A stretch of 64,000 bases of DNA from NCBI GenBank assembly GCA_964035545.1, contig OZ037765.1, positions 13,402,698-13,466,697 on the forward strand, in the 5' to 3' direction. This document shows, one piece after another, positions 57,801 through 64,000 of the stretch (the stretch's first letter is position 1; every line of letters starts with the position of its first letter). Source of the DNA: Bugula neritina (lineage: Eukaryota > Animalia > Bryozoa). Under the pieces are notes generated by a model. The model did no database searches. It was given only the letters and a program-made list of their open reading frames with translations, and was not told the origin of the DNA. Position numbers and translations under genes: made by a program.

Positions 57801-60800
57801 TACAATTCTGTAGAGAATGTACTGTGCACTTAGCATATTAACTCCCTTATATAAGTAGGTGCTTTGTTTAAACAAAACAGGCATACAATGTATAGTAGAA
57901 AGCCCCCCATTCCGCATAACAATATAACATAAATAACTAATTTCAAAGGCTATTGTCATTCAAAGTTCACCTGCTATTACAGATTGTACAACAACATAAT
58001 ATAAAATAGTAGTTAGCCTTACTGGCTGCAGTAGAACTTTGTATATAAAGAAAGCAAGAATTGGTATTGCCTAAAGTATAATACATAGGTCTAAGCAGAC
58101 CTGTAGAGTGAGTTTATCAAGTGGAGTTGTCATAAGCAGAAAATTGTAAAACAGAATATTATAATGTAAAGCTAATTTGTGGACAACATGTTTGTTAAAA
58201 TAAGCCATTACAAAAACAGATTTGTGATGAGGAACACCTTGAAACACAAAAGTTGCTGGCTAGCATTCAATAAAAGCAGAGAAACCTTTTAAAGGCGAGT
58301 TGTTAAATTATGTTTACAGTAAGTATTGTGAAGAAATATGCTTGTTTCCATCAAATGCATAACTTATGAACTGCTCAGCCAATCAGAGTATGTACAGTAG
58401 ATATTGAAAAATGTTGAGACAAATTGTACATGGTAGAAACATTTAATCAGTAATAATGTGGCTATAAAATCTAATGCCTTATATGCTGAGGCATTTACAA
58501 TCAATCATATTAATTTGATATCATAATGGGCAGCCAAGTTTCTAACAGTAACTCACCTCATAAGAAGGGTGGCAGTTTCCGGTACCCTGAACACCTACAG
58601 CAGACCACGAGTTACAGTGTTGAAGATTTGAAACAGTTCAACTAATACTAGATGTTCACAGCTTAATATTTTTTACATTCTTTGATAATTAGAGTAGTTT
58701 CAGGGTTAATTACTATATGTTACTAATTTTTCTTAGTTACTGTAGAATTACTTATTTGCTATGTAAATTTTTATGATATTAACATAGTAGTAGTAGTAGT
58801 AGTAGTACTAATAAATTATAGTTTAATTTAGCTGTGTTACAGACTCAATAGTTGCTAGAGCCTAGAATTATATTAAATAAATTAACAGTGTCCCATATAA
58901 ACCACAAGCATCATTCTCAATCGTATCACTGAATAATTCAAATAACAGAGAAATGCTGCTCAACAAACCAAGCAAGTGCCCTATATTTGCTATAGTAAAG
59001 ATAAATAGTAACAATGGCACAATACAGGTCAGGTTAATAAATAATACAGCAATGTTGGCACTTGTCCTGTACTTGACCTGTACTTGTCCTGTACTTGGCC
59101 TTGGACTTAGCCCTGCACTTAGCTGTTACCAACAAGGAAAATATGTATCAAATTTTCAAACAAATCATAGAACTTTGAACCTCAGTTATCAGTTTTCCAA
59201 CAAAACCTGATTTGTTAACAATTTTGGCCATAAAGTCATAATAATATTACATATGTCAACATATGATATACTACATGCAAACATTAAATTGATAAGCTCA
59301 TGATGTAAGCGCAAACAGTTTTCTTTTTTTAACTTTAAAAATACCAACTGAATGGAAATGGAGTGCATGCTGGCAGGGAGTTTGTATTTCAACATTCTGT
59401 TATCAAAACATCAGCTCTCAAATATTATGACGATACAAAATTGCTCTCTCTCTCTTTGCAACAAAAGCAGATATTAGTTTAAACTAATGAATATAGATTT
59501 AAAATTCTTCCATGTTATTATCTATGTCTGTGTCATAGCTTTACTAAAGTCAACTGAAATTATTGAAAAAGGCTCGCATACTAGAAAACAGTGAACCAGT
59601 TTTAAGTATTTATTTTATAGCTCATTTATCATGAAATAAACGTATTATTGCATATTGGTTGTACATTTTGATGCATAAAAAATAGTAAAAAAAAACCCTC
59701 TACATTTGTTCTAAAACAGAAAGAAACTAATAGACACAAGAACAGAGTATAAAGTGTAAAGGTTCCTAATTAGAGGCCTAGACAATTGAAATTTGATAAC
59801 ATTCTGAATTAATTTGAGGTCATATAGGAGTCTCATTTAGATTTTTAAGTAATTAAGATTAGAATGCCTCCATGAATGGCTCTGTGATAATGTGAAGCTT
59901 CGAGTATAAGATACTGTCCTACCTTCCATCCTAAATTCTCAAAGAATGTGCTCAAGCGAGATTGTCCTGTTGTTTTACCACCACATGGCCCTACAACATA
60001 ACAAATGACCAACAACTCAAAACTTGAGTAAAACAGTTTAATATCGTGTTGCAATTATACTCAATTTAAAATATTATGAACACAATGAATATGGAATGGC
60101 TTTCACTGATTTTAGCTTTGAGAGTAGTCAAGTCTTTTGCAAAAATATTTGAACACTTTACAACAGATTTTTGATAAGAAAGTCTTCCAAGATTCAGCTA
60201 CACTGTGACGATTCACAAGTGTAATGGAATGCTACAGGTAAATTATATGTGATGTGACAAAACACAACAAAACACAACCTATATGTATAAAAATAATTCA
60301 CATTTGCAATAGGGGTGATGTCTCTTGTCAATAATAATTCTATTAGAAACTATTAAAGTTATGGCTTATCTAGTTCATGATTTTAATCCATCATTTAGAC
60401 TCTTGTTTTTTAAGGCATACTTTGAACTCCATTCAACATGGAGTTTAATATAAAAAAACTAACTCAAGTTTCATGTGAGAAAACCCCTGATAGAAATGGT
60501 TTTGTTGTTAAATCGGGCTGAGGACTTATTGATCTATGTAGCACAGGGCAATTATGACTAGATGCTCTTCCTAACATCACCAATGGCCTTTGTCGAGCTC
60601 GAACCCATGACTTTATGTTTACTACGCAAATGCTCTAGTCCCCTAGACCGCGGCTGCTCCCTAGCATGGATTTTATTATACTGATACCTTTTTGGTGAAT
60701 TGATTAAACATTCAAATTTTGCAAAAACTACCTACTTAATGTATCAAGGACATTTAGTCCATATTTTCAAGAAATCTTAGGAGATAGAAAGTGTTAAAAT

Positions 60801-61054
60801 CTTGGCCTTTTTCATGATCTGCTTTTAAAAATGATTAATTTATTTTAAACTTCTATAGACATAGATTGTATTTATATGAACATGTACTATATATTGTAGC
60901 TAATAAGTAAAAGCCATGGTATAATTTTGCATTTCATAACTGGCAGCAATTTGTTGAGCAATTGCAATATCTTACCCCCAGTCAGCACCAGTTTGTGTAT
61001 TATCTTCGGGTTCTGCTCATAAATATCATTTTCATCAACATGCATTTCATTCAT
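45847..61054 (-). CDS. Ttd14: TRPL translocation defect protein 14 homolog (NadR/Ttd14-type P-loop NTPase + CYTH-like domain)
   Basis: [38 protein letters not shown] (Walker A), [95 protein letters not shown]. Exons include ~60976-61054, 59923-59990, 58557-58595, 57593-57630, 57076-57208, 56492-56692, 55167-55245, 54618-54715, 54170-54266, 47495-47586, 47282-47397 and 45847-46102. Confidence 0.93.
47192..47292 (-). repeat. 21-bp tandem repeat that multiplies a 5' splice site five times
   Basis: Minus strand reads ...CACCCCAG|GTATGT repeated; plus-strand ACATAC at 47192, 47213, 47234, 47255 and 47276. Confidence 0.92.
49410..49960. repeat. 3/6-bp periodic tract inside the 6.6-kb TTD14 intron
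   Basis: tatcactatcactatgagtatgagtatgactatgactatcactatgagt, ctcatactcatagtgatactattact, aatagtaatagtaatagtaat. Confidence 0.8.
52620..53520. repeat. Second 3/6-bp periodic tract inside the 6.6-kb TTD14 intron
   Basis: attactattagtattactgtaagt, actgaatactcatactcatactg, gatactcatactgatagtcatagtgatact. Confidence 0.78.
55887..56104 (+). mobile_element. tRNA-derived SINE with 12-bp TSD
   Basis: Head GGAGCAGCCATGGTCTAGGGGTTAG (A box) and GGGTTCAAATCCC (B box); core GGTAATGTTAGAAAGAGCATCCAGTCATAA; TSD AACAGATAAGCA at 55875-55886 and 56105-56116; a homologous copy lies at 60453-60664. Confidence 0.9.
57218..57526. repeat. Intronic minisatellite, 22-bp unit (tacatgtatactaYatgagtRtg-type), ~14 copies
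   Basis: Direct reading; each unit contains the palindrome TACATGTA; it fills most of a ~385-bp TTD14 intron. Confidence 0.95.
59060..59100. repeat. Short 11-bp tandem repeat (acttgtcctgt-type) x3-4
   Basis: cacttgtcctgtacttgacctgtacttgtcctgtacttggcc. Confidence 0.75.
60453..60664 (-). mobile_element. tRNA-derived SINE, same family as 55887-56104, opposite orientation
   Basis: Reverse complement GGAGCAGCCGCGGTCTAGGGGACTAGAGC...AAAGTCATGGGTTCGAGCTCGACAAAGGCCATTGGTGATGTTAGGAAGAGCATCTAGTCATAATTG; degenerate 16-bp TSD catggagtttaatata (60437-60452) / catggattttattata (60665-60680). Confidence 0.88.
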
Positions 61055-62559
61055 CACCACAAACAATATCAGAGTTTCTTATCACCACAGTATATCTAGA
61101 CAATAAAAAACATATTTGAACATTTCAAGTAATAATTTACAGAAACTCAGAAGATTTAGTGAACTGTAAATTGGGTTTCACAGGCTTACAAAGTGTTTCA
61201 TAGATAGACATGGTGACGGTGTTTTATTGACAAAAACAAGTTCTGGCAGTTGGATGTTTTACAGAAATAATAAATTCCTAATTGATAACTTTATTGAAAA
61301 TTTGCATGATAATTGAAGAATGTAAACCTTCATTTTATTGACATTTAAGTTGAACATTTATAAACCTAAAATAACTGTTATTTATTAGTAAACCAAATGA
61401 AAGCACATGAAAAGGCAATGCAGGTAATAATTATTGCTTGAACAATTTGCTCAGCATATACATGTAATTTAAACATACAATTATCAAAGTGCCAGTAATT
61501 GCAAAACTACCTAAGCATTTGTAAATGAAAATTAGAAGCAAATTTTATTGGCTTGAAGTTTCAAAATCTCATTATGAGTTATGCAAAATTTGTTAACAAA
61601 GTATGTAAAGTTGGCAGAGTTGTGATTTGTTAGTATACACTTCTACTTTAATAAAGGGTGAGTTGACTCATCTGGTTAAACTTGGAAATATACCAGATAG
61701 AAGCTTGTTATTTTATTTTCGAAAAAATTAACCATAATGCTTGTGTCAACAGTTCATTGATTTTAATCATAAATAATTAAAAAACTTATATATTTAATCA
61801 CTTTCACTTAATTTTATGATTTCCTAAATTGAGTAATAAAATAATTACGAAAATTTTAGTGACCAACACTATTATTTATCATGTATATATTTATACAGTA
61901 TGAATAAAAATTAAAGGGATTCTATTAAAGTAAGCCTTGAACAACAGGAATCTTAGACCATATAAAATTTGATGAGCCTAACAACCTAGAACATGGATAG
62001 TCATAAAAGAGCTTAAAATATGAAAAGAGTAGTTATCATTAAGCCAAGTAACAGTGTGTATAGCAGTATTCCCCTGGAAAAGAGACAAAAAATTGCCAAC
62101 CATTCATGACAGGCTCACAAAACAATGGAGCAGTTCAGAAACCAAATCAGTGGCAACTCAGGTCACTAATCACAAACAACAACCCAGCACACCAAAGTAT
62201 TTTATCCAGGACATTCACAAAAGTAGTAACTAAAAAGCCATGACTTATATTCCCACTACCAAAACCAAAACAGTGATCACATTACCAGCATTGTCAACTG
62301 ATAAAACCTAGCCTATACCCATGAAACTTTGCCTAACCTATCTATAAGTATCCCTGAATCACTTGAAGCCCATTTTTGCCTAACCCCCTCTCCTTCCTGG
62401 CATTCTAGTGAAACTCCGTAGAAGTTCATATAAACAATTAAAATTAATACTTCAACAACTATTAGTTTAACTAGCTAAATTAGGATGTAGGTTTTGGCTA
62501 AATATGAATTTAAAAAATAGCATTGGACTTACATATCACAGACATGGTCATATTTATAA

Positions 62560-63680
62560 CAGTTACTAGTAGTATCATATTATGATCAACATCATAAATT
62601 AGTTATACTTATAGGCATGCTCATAGGCCATAATAGTACAGGTACCATAGTTATACTCATACTGACCAGTATACTTAGCAGTAATCACTTAATGTCTAAG
62701 CACTAAGGCTATGTTAGTGTAACCATGGTTAATTGCTAATTGCTATTAATATTACTATCGTATCGGTACCAGTAAATGAATCTTTAATAATAGTTAACAC
62801 ATTGACTTAAAATTATTTCAATAGAAATATTCATATTGCATTTAATGTTAGTTGTAAAATGTTAGGTGTAAAACTTTAGACTTTCAGTTATTCAGAGTGT
62901 AGTTGTTAGTGTTTCTATTTGATATTCACCTTTATGTCACAATATGAATATACAAGAAAACATCTATGAACTATTACTAGTACTAGTAATAAGTATAACT
63001 AATAGTAAAGCTATCACCACAAGATGAAGACTGAACTTGAACTTCAATTATAACTGTAAGACTAAGTGTAAACTACAATTATGCGGCATGGGCATGGGCT
63101 CATAGTTATAGCCAATAAGCATAAGCACAACTGTAACATTAACTATGGAAAGTGAAGCTGTTATATCTTTTAATTAAACACCTAAACATATTTACACTTA
63201 CAGTTACAATTATAGTTAATGTTATGCTAATGCTTAAAACTAAAATTTACAGCCTATAGACCACAGGCAATCCGCAGAGTCATCGTCCTACTGAAACTGA
63301 TCGTAAAACCGTAGCACTAGCAGTAGCAGTCATACTCAGATTCAGAGTAATACTGATAGCCATACTAATACACTTACAGTCTCACAAAGCACACTCACAG
63401 CCAACCCCAGTCCATGTGACTGTCAGTATCACTATCCGGTCACTATGACTATGACTATCAGCATGAGTATTAGTAATACCAATAGTATTACAGTAATAGT
63501 ATTACTATTACTATTAGTATTACAGTTACTATTAATATATCTAAAATAATACTTATAGTCATACTTAGACTTAGAGTTACTCAATTACTGTTAGTACTTA
63601 CACTTACTCTTACAGTTACTGTTAGTGTTAGTGTTACTGTTAGTGCTACTGATAGTCACAGCGATAGTATTTATCACGGC
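62560..63680. repeat. 3/6-bp periodic tract upstream of the first TTD14 coding exon (inferred intron 1)
   Basis: cagtatcactatccggtcactatgactatgactatcagcatgagtattagtaat, gttactgttagtgttagtgttactgttagtgctact, actgaacttgaacttcaattataactgtaagactaagt. Confidence 0.78.
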
Positions 63681-64000
63681 TTTTAACACATTAAAACAAC
63701 AACTTTACTACTTAGTAATTTTGCCAAAGTATGTTTTGCTTGTCTTACATTCATGATCAACGTCCACTGATTGTCATGGGAGACCACATGTACTGCTTTC
63801 GATTGTACAGGCCTGTGGATCACGCTGGTATACCAGAACCATCGATCTTTTGTTATTGTGTGCCTAGCACAGATACTGTCTTTTTTAAGCATTTCGGCCA
63901 TTGAATAGCTAAATTAAGGTAATATACCGACATCTTTGAAAAATACAAAATTGGTCTACGATAAGTAAAAATGAACAGTTGAGGAAACAACTCTGCTTGT

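Noticed and set aside
32864-61054. Functional TRP-channel trafficking cluster (EXOC5-NUDT9-TTD14)
   Set aside because: Thematic association only; adjacency of housekeeping genes in a compact genome is expected by chance.

Overview
AT-rich, intron-containing metazoan (invertebrate) genomic DNA, gene-dense, with GT-AG introns. No CRISPR arrays, rRNA genes or true tRNA genes were seen. Splicing by hand gives seven protein-coding genes: (1) a 5'-incomplete orphan type I membrane protein (+; mucin-like N-glycosylated ectodomain, two furin sites, one TM helix, C-terminal domain resembling the RecQ/WRN HTH_40 fold); (2) an ANKS1-type ankyrin protein (-) lacking SAM/PTB domains and ending in a tyrosine-motif-rich tail; (3) an Aveugle/SAMD10-12-like SAM-only adaptor (+); (4) peroxisomal MFE-2/HSD17B4 (+) ending in SKL with no SCP2 domain; (5) exocyst Sec10/EXOC5 (-); (6) NUDT9 ADP-ribose pyrophosphatase (+); (7) TTD14 (P-loop + CYTH) (-). 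Mobile DNA: a decayed 5'-truncated LINE, a hAT MITE with an 8-bp TSD, a Tc1/mariner MITE with a TA TSD, a solo LTR with a 4-bp TSD and two inverted tRNA-derived SINEs with TSDs; there are also several minisatellites. The most striking unexplained signal is a degenerate 3/6-bp-periodic tract (A[C/G]T-NAT type) in the inferred first intron of all six genes whose 5' region lies in the window. Two further copies inside the 6.6-kb TTD14 intron point to unannotated nested transcription units. All exon structures and homologies were derived by eye and from memory of the families; coordinates marked ~ are approximate.
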